From: Mayamaea pseudoterrestris
Taxonomy: Eukaryota
DNA: 64,000 nt
Direction: 5' to 3'
NCBI GenBank assembly: GCA_027923505.1
Contig: BROI01000004.1
Location: forward strand, 248,001 to 312,000
Shown here: positions 37,382 through 48,514 of the stretch, one piece after another
Numbering within the stretch: position 1 is the first letter of the stretch
Layout of the letters: the number at the start of each line of letters is the position of its first letter
Program-made: the position numbers and the translations under genes
Notes under the pieces: generated by a model
Told to the model about the DNA's origin: nothing
The model's database searches: none
What the model saw: the letters and a program-made list of their open reading frames with translations, nothing else

Positions 37382-40327
37382 ATGAGAACTAGACGCAATC
37401 GATTAACAGTACTTGGAGCTGCTGCATTTTGTGCAGTCTCATTGAGTGAGGCATTTTCTCCCAATGTTCATGAACACGCACGAGCTTCGACGCAGCGACC
37501 AGTCTCGGCGTCGGCGTCGTCCAACGAATACTCCAGTTCTAAAAGCAGTAGCAACAGGAGCGCCAAGCATGCCGCGACGCAAGCTTCCGCATACTTGAAT
37601 TCAATTTCAAACGCATTGACCGAGCAAGACTTGGAGCAGATCCAAGTGGAGCAACGCATCAAGTACATTCAGCAGCAGCGAAACATGGACAAGGCCTTTT
37701 CCGTCACGATTCCATTGCGTGAGACTGGCATGTCCATTGTTCAAATACTACCAGGACGACAGCTGGTTCCGAAGCTACTGCATCTAGACGCTTTGGATCA
37801 GATCGTTTCGCTTGATGCTGCGGCTTGTCAAAAAATTCAAGCAGCATCATGGATGAATCAGATTGATGACTCCTTTCGTGGCCTTGTTTTCACGGCCGTC
37901 TCGAAGAATTTTTTGGCAGAAGAGCAAGGAATTAAAGCAGGCACGATTTTGAAAGCTGTCAGTGCAACTCTTGGCGACGCCGTGTGGCCAAAGTCAACCC
38001 TGGAAGGCGTACAGGCGGCGCTTGCAAGTCGTCAAGTTGCTTCCTCACAAGTCACACTTCTTTGCTCCAACCAAGCGTTTGCCACAAGCAATCGCTACGA
38101 ACTGTCCTTGACGAAACCGATTGGTTTGTTGCTGCAGGAAAAAGATGGTCATGTTTACGTGACTAAAGTGACGGACCAAGCAAGCACGCTCGTGAAATAT
38201 GCGGTGCAATCGGGTGACCGCGTCGTGGCAGTGGATAGTAGCTTGGGTGGCAAGCTATGGCCCGTTAGTACGGTGGAAGGCGTTGTTTCGGCATGCACTA
38301 GTCGACTGCCGGGGCAAGGCATTCGTATGATATTGGAGCGACCGCTGGAGAACATGAACATGGAAGCTGCCGCTACTGCCGATGCGGAACTGACAAGAGG
38401 TTCAGCAAAAGCATCTGCATCGCTTGCGCACACGCCGACAGATACAAAGCAACTCCTCCGCCGCTGCCGCGAGGTACTGAAGCGGTACAGCAGCACCAAG
38501 GGATCAAAGTTGGACAAGTACAATCTTCCGGCCATGATCGCCGACAAGGTTATGGATGCCTTGGCGAGCGCCTCGGCCACGTTGGATGCAGTGACGCTCT
38601 CCATGATCATGACGGCATATACATCGTGTGATCAGTCCGGCCAGGCAATCAAGGCGTTTGAATCGGCAACTGGTTTTGCCGCTGATGGATCCACCAGCGA
38701 GCCGGTTGATATTATGCATGGGCGCGAGGGGCGAACACTTGTCCCAAGTGACACAGCTTTGAACCTGTACACTGCCACTGCGTTGCTGCAAGCTCATGCC
38801 AACAACAAGGATTTGGCGTCAGTGACTAGAGTACTGGCAGCGCTGGAAGGGCGGTCTGACGTAGATGTTGACGGCATCATGTCAGCTCCATGGCCTTGGA
38901 CGGGTGAGAGCGGCACCATCCAACCGGATACGACTTGCTACAATATTGCCATTGCCGCCGCAGAAAAGATTGGCGGACCGCTAGCGCTGGACGCAGCGCT
39001 TGAAATCTTTGCTCGCATGGGACAAGGGCGCAGCAATGCCAAGGATTTGGTTTCGTACAATACTATCATGGGCATTATGAGCAAAGCCGGCGAAGGTGAA
39101 AAAGCGTTTGACATGTTCGCGCAATTAAAGCGCGATAATATTCAGCCCGACAAGTACACGTATACGTTGCTCCTAAAGGTTTGCTCACAAGACGAGGACA
39201 TTGATGAGATTCTTTATGACATGTGGGAGCATGGCGTTCAAGCCGACGTTGTAGTCTACAATACAGCACTCCAGCGGCTTTGTGATAACCGAAAGTTCAC
39301 GCAAGCAACGAAACTTGTCACTGAAATGGAGTCACGTGGCGTCAAACCTGACTCTGTCACCTATGGCATGTTGATGAGCGCCATGTTGAAGGCAAAGAAA
39401 GCCAATGCATGTCTCGCTTTGTTTGAGTCTGCGAGCGCTAATCCGCGAACGGCAGCGTTGACGGAGAGTGTGTATCTATACACCACCGCTATTACCGCTG
39501 CTGCCACGCTTGGTGCATACGAACGAGCGTTGGAGCTTGTCGCTCGCATGAGTGCGAATGGAATCGCGCCCAATCTCAAGACTCTTACGGCTGTCATGGG
39601 AGCATGCCTGGCATCGAATCAACCTTTGCTAGCATCGCAAATTTACCGGCGCATTGTTACACCAGACGGTTACGCCATGACGCAAGGAATCAGAGCACTT
39701 TGCGCCGCTGGCGAAGTAACCGAAGCCGCTGACCTCGTTCAATCTCAAGAAGGAGATTTGGTCATGTCGGGCAAGCAAGTAATGCAAAGTTATGCAATCG
39801 TGCTGGAGGCAGCGTTGCAATCAAATTCGTTTACTGTCGCTCAGAAATTGGTTCATAACTTTTTGCACAAGGGCTTCATTTTCAACAAAACAATGATGGC
39901 ACAAATCAGCGAAAGTATGTTGAGTGACGTTGATGCGATTGATACGGATAAATTCTCGTTCTGTTTATTCATCATCGATGCTCTCCGTGACCGAAATTTA
40001 CCAATCGACGGCAGCCTGTATTCGACAGCATTATCTCTTGGCGATCGACTGGGTGGCCTCCATCGTCGACTTGCCGCCCTGATTGCTCAGTCAAAATCTG
40101 CCGCAGGAACGAAAGCGCAACGGTTTCTGTCGACGGTGCAGGATGCTTCGGGTGGTGCAATGAGAGTGGTGCATCTACGGGACCTTTTAGCCGAGCCGCA
40201 TTTGCTGAAAGGGGATATTGTATTACCGCCACTTCCAGTCCGAGTCGGTCCTGCCGACATTCGATCCGTCTTTCAAGCTGAACAACTGGTTTGGAGCAAG
40301 ACGAAGCGACGAAAAGTGCTGGTCTAA
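37382..40327 (+). CDS. Plastid-targeted pentatricopeptide-repeat (PPR) protein with two N-terminal PDZ-like domains
   Basis: Signal peptide plus SEAFSP. PDZ-like LTKPIGLLLQE..VYVTKV..VQSGDRVVAV. PPR motifs PDTTCYNIAI, DLVSYNTIM, PDKYTYTLLL, ADVVVYNTAL, PDSVTYGMLM and PNLKTLTAVM. Confidence 0.88.
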   Translation: MRTRRNRLTVLGAAAFCAVSLSEAFSPNVHEHARASTQRPVSASASSNEYSSSKSSSNRSAKHAATQASAYLNSISNALTEQDLEQIQVEQRIKYIQQQRNMDKAFSVTIPLRETGMSIVQILPGRQLVPKLLHLDALDQIVSLDAAACQKIQAASWMNQIDDSFRGLVFTAVSKNFLAEEQGIKAGTILKAVSATLGDAVWPKSTLEGVQAALASRQVASSQVTLLCSNQAFATSNRYELSLTKPIGLLLQEKDGHVYVTKVTDQASTLVKYAVQSGDRVVAVDSSLGGKLWPVSTVEGVVSACTSRLPGQGIRMILERPLENMNMEAAATADAELTRGSAKASASLAHTPTDTKQLLRRCREVLKRYSSTKGSKLDKYNLPAMIADKVMDALASASATLDAVTLSMIMTAYTSCDQSGQAIKAFESATGFAADGSTSEPVDIMHGREGRTLVPSDTALNLYTATALLQAHANNKDLASVTRVLAALEGRSDVDVDGIMSAPWPWTGESGTIQPDTTCYNIAIAAAEKIGGPLALDAALEIFARMGQGRSNAKDLVSYNTIMGIMSKAGEGEKAFDMFAQLKRDNIQPDKYTYTLLLKVCSQDEDIDEILYDMWEHGVQADVVVYNTALQRLCDNRKFTQATKLVTEMESRGVKPDSVTYGMLMSAMLKAKKANACLALFESASANPRTAALTESVYLYTTAITAAATLGAYERALELVARMSANGIAPNLKTLTAVMGACLASNQPLLASQIYRRIVTPDGYAMTQGIRALCAAGEVTEAADLVQSQEGDLVMSGKQVMQSYAIVLEAALQSNSFTVAQKLVHNFLHKGFIFNKTMMAQISESMLSDVDAIDTDKFSFCLFIIDALRDRNLPIDGSLYSTALSLGDRLGGLHRRLAALIAQSKSAAGTKAQRFLSTVQDASGGAMRVVHLRDLLAEPHLLKGDIVLPPLPVRVGPADIRSVFQAEQLVWSKTKRRKVLV

Positions 40328-40638
40328 TGGAAGCAAATCAAATTCATCAGCCCGCTTACATATTTCAGCTACGCACACATATAATTACACGCCATAGACT
40401 CTTTTTGAACATAGCATTACACTACTACAGACGGTTTTGCGGCATCTCGTCCTCCACTTTAAAGATTAGTTAGCTTGTGATGCCATTGCAACTTGAGTCA
40501 TCTTTGACTTTCAAGGATTCACTTGGCTGGTGAGTGTTGTCCTACAGCTAACATTATTCTTGCCTTTCAAAAGTTTTTTGGGCTCGCACAGATCAATTGA
40601 GTTTATTCCTTCAACTGCCAGAGCTTTAGAACTAGATC

Positions 40639-40693
40639 AGCAATGGCCAGGCATCCGTCGAATTACGGTAGCAATGGCCAGGTAGCCGTCGAA
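40639..40693 (+). repeat. Short direct duplication AGCAATGGCCAGGnnnCCGTCGAA (31-bp period)
   Basis: Copies start at 40639 and 40670. Confidence 0.6.
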
Positions 40694-40920
40694 CTCGAAC
40701 ACAGGGCTTCAACTACAGGATTATATCGTCTACAAGGTATACATACATGATCTCTTATAATTTGTGTGAGAGTGAATGTAACAATACCAAAACCGAACTT
40801 TATAATCTACAAGCTATCCTAAAAGATCAACCATATACATGTTCGGCAAATACAACTTGAATTCAATCCGCAAATCTTCATTCACAGGACTCTAAAATTT
40901 TCAACTCGCCATGCCCGCAC

Positions 40921-41982
40921 TTAATACCAAGTCCAGAAGTTTGTCGTATCGCCTCGCGGAATGCGGCACTCCCAAAGTCCAAGATCTTCGCCCTCTCGGG
41001 GATGATGCGATTGAGTGACGCAAGCGTTCGAGTCCGATGCTGGTTGGATCTCAAACCGACTACCGCTGCCGGGCAAAGCAAACTGCTGGCGACTGTCCGA
41101 CGAGTCGCAAGAGTCCAAGATTAACCAGCGTCCCCAGCGAATGCATAAATTGGATGACTGTAACTTGATGAGCCTGGATCCGTTTGGTCCACTGACAAAC
41201 TCCCAATTCGCAACATCACTTGAGTCGCAATTGGTAATTTCAAGCCCCTGCCCTTCGCCGCAGTTCCGACTTCCATTGACACATCGCATGCACCACTTGC
41301 GCTCTCGAGTTTCCTCTTGCCAGTAGTAGCCTTGCTGCCAGTACATTTTTAGGGCGCGACCGTTTCCGCCGCCGCCGCTGCTACCATCAGTGCCTCCTGT
41401 ACCACCACTACTACTTGGGTCCACGCAAAAGTCCTTGCCACTGTTACTTGACGATCCAGAGCAGCCCGGAACACTCTGCGTGCCTGTGCGTTCAAAGCAA
41501 ACCAAGTTTCCAGCGCAGTCGCTATCTGAATCGCAATCTCCCTGGCATTTGCCCAATGGAAAGACGTTTGACGGACTGCCATTGTCTCCTACAATGCGGA
41601 GCGAGGAGCCTCCAGTGCTAGTTCCGCCGCCTCCACTGCTACTGCTCCTGACGCAAAAGTCTGTTCCGCTGTTACTGGACGATCCGCTGCATCCAGGAAC
41701 CGACTGCGTTCCAGATCGCTGGAAGCAAACCAGACCCGAGGCGCAATCGCGATCAGAGTCGCAGTCACCCTGGCATTCTCCGAGCGGAAACGCGTTGGAA
41801 GGACTTCCATTGTTGCCCGTTACTCGTAGAGTAATCAACTGACGGCGGAGTAATGAAGATGAGAATGAAGCGAGAGTGGTTGAACTTGAATCCTTGCCAG
41901 TTTTGAGCAATGCAACTGCTCCAAGAACTGCAGCAATGACAAACAAGAGAGTTGCAACAATGACGGAGCGAGAGGTCTTCAT
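40921..41982 (-). CDS. Frustulin-like diatom cell-wall protein: two acidic Cys-rich domains and a Trp-rich/ricin-B-like C-terminal domain
   Basis: Hydrophobic N-terminus. Two LG(E/K)CQGDCDSD.DC...LVCF.R....VPGCSG...DFC repeats separated by G/S linkers. C-terminal LKMYWQQGYYWQEE..ERKWCM. Confidence 0.85.
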   Translation of the reverse strand: MKTSRSVIVATLLFVIAAVLGAVALLKTGKDSSSTTLASFSSSLLRRQLITLRVTGNNGSPSNAFPLGECQGDCDSDRDCASGLVCFQRSGTQSVPGCSGSSSNSGTDFCVRSSSSGGGGTSTGGSSLRIVGDNGSPSNVFPLGKCQGDCDSDSDCAGNLVCFERTGTQSVPGCSGSSSNSGKDFCVDPSSSGGTGGTDGSSGGGGNGRALKMYWQQGYYWQEETRERKWCMRCVNGSRNCGEGQGLEITNCDSSDVANWEFVSGPNGSRLIKLQSSNLCIRWGRWLILDSCDSSDSRQQFALPGSGSRFEIQPASDSNACVTQSHHPREGEDLGLWECRIPRGDTTNFWTWY

Positions 41983-42802
41983 CTTGAAGGACGAGCGACG
42001 ACGACTTGAATTTGAATGTGAAAGTGAGAGATTCAAGGAAGCAAGATCCTTCGACTAGCTTCCGCAAAGGAGGGCAAAGAAAGCAATCCTTGGTTATGCC
42101 GTGGCTGTTAAACAATCGAATGTGTGTCTGTGGCTTGCGCAACCGGAGGGAGTTGTCGTCGTCGTCATTGGCGTGTGACAGCTTAACTGGGAGGCATGGC
42201 TGGCTCGCTGGAAACACGGCTTGCTTGTTTCAGTCACGGTCTACGAGCTTTCAACGGAGACGTTGCGAGTTAGTTAGCTGTTGCGATCGTGTTTCAGTCA
42301 CAGACGGAACGCTAACGTGGCGTATGTTGCGCACGCCAAATTAGGTGCAGCGAAAGCCCTCATCAGTATCTTTCCAGTTAGCTAATACCTCGAAGCATAT
42401 CTTACTGTTAGTCAACATACGGATGAAGCGATACTGTAATAAACAAACAACTCGTTCTATTGCCATAAAGTCGCTGCATCGCATCGCTTTGCTCGCCAGT
42501 TTCACTACCAACTTACTAACTGATAATGCGCGGCGCACTCTCTAAATTGTCCAAAAGCTTGCTTGGGTCAAGTCAACGCAATTGTCAACTTGTCAACCTG
42601 ACCTAAGCTTGACATTCCAGGCAGCCCGGAATCATTTCACCGTTACTATGGAAGTAGGTGGGCCCATCCGCACAGCTGGGATCGGAATCGCGGTCGTCTA
42701 CGCACTTGCACAGTGGAAAGGCTTCAGCCGAGGTATTTTGATAATCGCAACAGATTGTACACCTTGTCTTATTCCAACTAACATCTCTAAAATTCTTATT
42801 TA

Positions 42803-44737
42803 TTACTTTTTGCCGTCATTTTCCGTCAAATCAATGTACGGACCAGAAGTTGGAATGCTTGTCTCTTCGGGAACATCGAGGATTTCTCCCTCTGATGCCA
42901 ACAACGACTCGCTCACTTCAAACGCAAACACTCCAGCGTGGCCAATGTTGCTACCCGTCATGAGAATGTCAGCATCCTCTGGGCTGTCGGAGACACCAAC
43001 CAATCCACCTTCTGACCCACCACGTCCATTAAAACCGATCGCCGAACCATGCGGCGAGCTTCCAAAGAAGTCGAGCTGACCGTAAGAGTAGATCGCCCAC
43101 GTTTCTTCGTCATTCCAAGCCATGGCTAATTGAAAAGTGTCCGTCGCCCCCGGTCCGTAAGCATCGCCGAAACTTTCGACGCGGTACCATGTTGCGACCA
43201 AGACAGCATCAAATGGGGCACTTGCGGACGTACTTCCTCCATCCTTGCTGCTAGATCCCTTGCCCTTGCTGCTGCTTGTGCCCTTGGGCGAAGCCATGCT
43301 CATCAGATAGTGATCCAACTTTGAGCCCTTGGTGAGCTTTTCGTGATGGGCCTTCTGTTTTCCCTTTAGACTTTTGCCTGCGCTAACCGAGAAAGACGAT
43401 AAGAACGACGACCATCCACCCTTGCTTGAGCCGCTGCCAGAATGATGCGTATCGGTACTTTTGCTCCCACTCGAAGGATGATGACCTTTAGTTCCGCCGC
43501 TGCGAACTTCAGAAAGAAGCGTACTCGCAATGGCCAAGTCCGAAGACGACTCGCTATAGCGCACAAACATTTGGTTGCTACAAATACCATCAGCGCCAGT
43601 ATACAAGTCAGTCCAAAAAATGGCAGCCATTGGTTCCACGGTGTCGCTTGGGAGGTATTCCCAGTAGTATCGGAAGGAGCTGTTGCCAAAGGACACGTCG
43701 CCGTTGGTGTTCTGAAAGGCGATGCTGTACTCGTCACCCAGAAAGCGTAAAGGCGTACCCAGCAACACTGGTGGAGAGGATCCATCATCGTTCGGTCCAG
43801 TGAAGAGATCTCCCGCACCAAACCCGAACGGAAAGGGCAGATTTGCGGGAGGTGCCAGGCACACAGTTGGTGCGATCGTAGGTACCAACGTCGGTGGCAA
43901 GATGACCGATTCAAAGTCATCGTTGACCTGATAACTATAAAGACCTGGCACTCCCATGTTCGATCCATCCAAAAGAGCCTGCGCGTCAGTATCGTTGTTA
44001 ATGACACTGGCCAGCCCGCCTCGCAAGCCCATCCCATCATTAAAGCCGCTCGCGGCCAGTGCATACTCGAGATGATCGTACGCTAAAATTGCCCAGGTTG
44101 AGCCCGCCGTCTCATCCCAAACCATGGCTAGCTGGAAAGTGGCAGACTCGTTCTGGAAAAGGAGCGAGTTGACGTTGTACCAGGTCGCAACAATGACAGC
44201 GTTTGCCGCAAAATCTTGGCTGCCGGTGGCCTGACTGACAATTGCAGTGGCAATTTCCGTATCGTCAGGAAGTTGGCTGTAACGTAACCACATGTCATTC
44301 TGACAGTCACCACCAGGAAGGGTGTTAATGTCAGTCCAATATGCGGCCGCAAGTGCTCCGACCTCCGATGTTGGTAAGAATTGCCAATAAAAGCTTGTTT
44401 GAGGCTGCTGGAAGGAAATGTGGCCGTTGGTGTTCTGGTAGACTACGTTGTACTCCTGACCGAGGAAGCGAACTGGGAGAGTGAGCGCAAGAGGGTCTGA
44501 CGAGCCATCATCGTTAGGCGAGGTTAAAGAATCGCCGACGAGAGATCCAAAGTTAAAGGGTAGACTCGTTGCTGGGCAGTCATCTGCAAAGCGCGAGATG
44601 CCGGTCGAGTCGACGTTACGGTCGTTCTTGACATGTTCGTCCCGCGGGTTGCGAATCAGGCCGTCGTGTTCAGTCGAACAAAGCCGAGGACACAAAGTCC
44701 CGATGCTTAAGAAGTAAGCGAGAGTTGAAAAACGCAT
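42803..44737 (-). CDS. Secreted protein with two NIDO (nidogen-like) domains and a Lys/Ser/His/Gly-rich insert
   Basis: Signal-like MRFSTLAYFLSIG. Twice NDDGSS...F.G..Y...(Y/F)QNTNG.(I/V)SF...A.(Y/F)WTD...VATWY.V...TFQLAM...WAI..Y. Confidence 0.82.
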   Translation of the reverse strand: MRFSTLAYFLSIGTLCPRLCSTEHDGLIRNPRDEHVKNDRNVDSTGISRFADDCPATSLPFNFGSLVGDSLTSPNDDGSSDPLALTLPVRFLGQEYNVVYQNTNGHISFQQPQTSFYWQFLPTSEVGALAAAYWTDINTLPGGDCQNDMWLRYSQLPDDTEIATAIVSQATGSQDFAANAVIVATWYNVNSLLFQNESATFQLAMVWDETAGSTWAILAYDHLEYALAASGFNDGMGLRGGLASVINNDTDAQALLDGSNMGVPGLYSYQVNDDFESVILPPTLVPTIAPTVCLAPPANLPFPFGFGAGDLFTGPNDDGSSPPVLLGTPLRFLGDEYSIAFQNTNGDVSFGNSSFRYYWEYLPSDTVEPMAAIFWTDLYTGADGICSNQMFVRYSESSSDLAIASTLLSEVRSGGTKGHHPSSGSKSTDTHHSGSGSSKGGWSSFLSSFSVSAGKSLKGKQKAHHEKLTKGSKLDHYLMSMASPKGTSSSKGKGSSSKDGGSTSASAPFDAVLVATWYRVESFGDAYGPGATDTFQLAMAWNDEETWAIYSYGQLDFFGSSPHGSAIGFNGRGGSEGGLVGVSDSPEDADILMTGSNIGHAGVFAFEVSESLLASEGEILDVPEETSIPTSGPYIDLTENDGKK

Positions 44738-45420
44738 GCCTGTTACTCGAGGAGCCGAGGTGCAGCAGTGACTGAGTAAGTGGCGAGATTGTTGACAAGC
44801 AAAGTGGAGTGGCATCGCCACTGGCGAGGCTAACGACTTGGAGTCAGTCGATGCACGCTCAGACACTGGCCTTTTATATATCGCATAATGAAGCTCGAAC
44901 TGTCAAAAGAATTTAAGAGGGGAAAGGAAAATTCTGCGCTCCAGTCGGCTGCAAACGGTCGTTGACGTCCTGTCTTAACATCTTCAACGTCCGCCAACGA
45001 ACATCGGCAAGCAACAACTGTTGCACACGCAAGATGAAGTGACGAAAATCAAGCTTGGCGAAATTTGTGCGAGAACTGAATTTCGAATGATGTAAATATT
45101 TCCCGGCGGTCTGTCTTCTGTGCGCTGTTGTGGTATTATTTGTTGTTAAGCGCATGTCTCATTGAAGCAAAAACGGTAGTTGCTTGTATAAAAATCTAAT
45201 GCGATCATTGAACAAATGTAGAAGCGGTTGCAGAATGTAAATCGACGCTCGCATGGTGGCCTTCGTCTGCGGACAGCGGGATTTGAGCGTGCAAGCGCCA
45301 TTTCCTCGCGTGTTTTGTATCGGCGGACACGACTTAAACAGTAAATTGCAAAGTAGTGTAATGGAATCCAAATAATACTTGAAAATTGTGTCTAGAATCT
45401 CTTGTTGATATACGTGAAAA

Positions 45421-48262
45421 TTATAACTTCGTCTCCTTTAATGATGCTGAAGCGTCTTCGACGCTCTTTGCTTCAGTCTCATCTTTCGATGCGTTCTCTT
45501 CCATCACCCGATCGACGTCAAAGTCGCGGCCTTCTTCAACAAATTTGACAAGCTTATGCTCGTCAATCCATTGGATTAACTCGTCAACCGTAAAAACGCC
45601 GTCCTTATTTTCGTCCATCGTGCTTGCGATTTCTAGCGCTTCCTCGTAAGATATCTTTCGTTTCAGGACTTGCTGTAGCACTTCTGCCATTTCTTCTCTG
45701 GTGATGATTTCATCTCTATCCTTGTCAAGAAAGTGAAGCTTGTCCCCAATCCGAACGTGCGCTTCTGTGAGCTGCACCTCGATCTTATCCACCATGGATT
45801 CGACCCGTCGTTTCAGCTCCCTTACAACAGGATCGTCCTCCTCTTCTGTCTCCTGCTGTGCTGTTGCCACTTCCTCAAAATCTTCCGATGCTTGATCCTG
45901 CGAAAGTTTGCCATCCATTGCGACGGTCGTCGATGCATCGGCTTGTTTCGCCGCCTCTTTTATCTCCTGAACAATCGAATTTGCAATCCTGTCGACCTCT
46001 TCGGCTGAAATTGGCTCAGCTGCTGCGCGAGACTCATCACTTTCTGTCGTGTCGGCGTTCTTTGCCTCCTTCTTCATGGCGGCCTTAATACGCTGGAGAT
46101 CCGCTCGCTCTTTGCTCACAGGATCGTCAGATATCAGCTGAGATATGGCTTCCATTTCGTCAGCAGACAAGTTCTTTTCTTCCTCAACAACTTCTTTGAT
46201 GGCTGCGATTATTTCTTCATTCACCAAAGGTGGCGTGGATTCTGAAGTAGACGCAGGGATTGACGAATCAAGTTGATCCGTGGCCATGTCTGCGACGTCA
46301 AGACTCTCAGACTTCTCTTCCGTTTTCGCCGGTGTCTCCTTCTTCTTTGCTGCTGCATCTCTGGCTTCTTGCTCTTGTCGAATAATCTGGTTTTGCGCCG
46401 ACAATACTTCTAACTTGATCTTTCGAATATTAGGGTCACCCTTCTGTTCGTCGGCGGTGGCCACGTCTAGAATAACTTCGTTGACGACTTCCTTATCAAG
46501 ACCAGAAATAGCATCAACAACTGCAGCAAGAGTTTTGGACTCGTCAACATCCTGACTCGGCTCGCTCAGCTCATCACGCAAAAAGAATGTTCGGCTCATG
46601 ATAAGTAGCGAAATCGGAACATTTTTGTTGACACTGAGATCCAACCACTGTTGTAAAGCCCATTTGTAAGCGTCCTTACTGAGTCCAGTCGATCGCATTC
46701 CACGTTCTCGGCAAGCTTCACGAAGTTCCATCTTGGTCAATGAATCGATTCCTTCCCATAGAATGCGCTGATCATCCTCGCGCAGACTTCTAATTTTATA
46801 ACGCAGTTGGAACTGGAGAAGCGAGTCGGAGCCATAGTGTGGTATACCCATGTACTTGCACATGTTGATCAATTGCATGCGTGGCTATCAAGAAATAAAC
46901 GATTGAGAAGTCGTCGCGTGAGCTTGGCATAGTTGTCATGTCCGGCAGTACACCGCCTCTTTTGCACCACGTACCATGTTATCGAGCGTCAAGTCGTCGT
47001 GAAAGTAATTGGCATACTTGATAATGACATCCGCCGGTATCGTCTCCCCTTTGCGAGCCTTTTCCAGAAACTCCAACATGGCCGCAGCCGAGTCTTCATG
47101 ATGATGAATCGTCACGTCGTCCTCACCTGCCTCGATTAATTCCTTCTTCTTTTTCGCAGCCTTTCGCTTCTGCTCCTTGGCCAACTCCTCCAGTGTCTCC
47201 TGGAAGAATCGCGTCATGGAGATTCGAGACTGCAGCTCTCGCTTCATGGTTTCCTCCGCCTTTAGGGAATCTTGAAAGGTGCTCGGAAGCATGTTGGGAA
47301 AGATTCTCAAGGCAAATGGCAAGGCAAACTCCATAAAGGGGATAATAATAAACATTGAAAAAGGGACGAGGCGGAATAGATCCGTTACGGTTCGAAGTAA
47401 CTGCTTGCGCTCGCGTCGCGTCAAGCTGGAACCCGTCAATGTACGCATGACCAAGCCTTTGGCCGTCTGCAGCTCGGCCCAAAACAACTGGATTGACGAG
47501 CAACAATCGTAATTGGAGTCAGCCACAGGGTGAAATCTCTTATGACATCAAAACAATCTGACTACCAGTAGTCTGATCCCTACATACCTTGAAACCAACC
47601 CAGTAGTGATGAATCTCATCCTGCACAAGCTTTTTGATTCCAACGAGCCGTTGTCGCAACTCTTCCGGATTGCGAATAAAGAACCATGTATTTCCTGGCA
47701 GCTTGACTAGAAAACCCGTAATGCCTTGCATGGCTCCGACGAAAAATTCAGAGGTTTTGCGCATCATGCTTTTGGAACTAGTCTTGTCGGAGTCATCATT
47801 CATTGACGGCGGGGTTGGTACGCGAGTCGTTCCGAGAGTGCGCTGCGGCCGCTTTGGTGAAGATTCCCTGCCAGACGATGAGTAAAAGGCCAATTGATGA
47901 TTGATAAAGAGTGACTGGAGTGAAAATCGTTGATTGCCGAGTTTGTTTCCAAACGTACAGTGTGACGAACCATATCTGCTGTTGTACGGTTGAATCGTTT
48001 GTGCTGCCGTCGAGTAGTATCGGTTCGATGGCGCGCGACTGTAAAATCTGAAGCTTTGAGCAGTAATATAATGATTCGTCAAGCTTCGTTTGCAGCTTGC
48101 GATGCTCTTTTCCGTCTCATTGTCTTCCGAGTTGTCAAGACTCGTCGTCGACGAAGACGCAAAGGCCGACTGCAAAGTTGGTGCTTCAATCGTTCGACGA
48201 CGCCTCTGCAGTGCTCGAACGACCACGTCGCGACTAGTTCTTCGTTGAGCGGCTAGCAGCAT
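45421..48262 (-). CDS. LETM1: LETM1-like mitochondrial inner-membrane protein with C-terminal EF-hands; introns 47488-47587 and 46885-46974
   Basis: HHYWVGFK|LFWAE, LTRRERKQLLRTVTDLFRLVPF, FPNMLPSTF, LTLDNM|PRMQL and ELREACRERGM. EF-hands DKDRDEIITREE and DENKDGVFTVDE. Confidence 0.93.
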
Positions 48263-48514
48263 GTCTTGTTATTCTAATTGTCTATCTATTCTATAAAGTC
48301 TTCTCGTGGTCTTGCAAAGCCAATGGCAGCGTCTTGTTTTTCAACGGATCGAAAGATTTGTGAAGTTCCATCGTCGCATCGAGTCGGTCGGTTTCAAGCG
48401 CAGCTGGTCGGTCCCGGAAGCTCATGACCCGATGAAGTGGTTTCGAAACCAGTGCGACGAAGCTGAATGCGACGACGTGAAACGCTCATTATTTCATTGT
48501 TGACCATTTCAACC

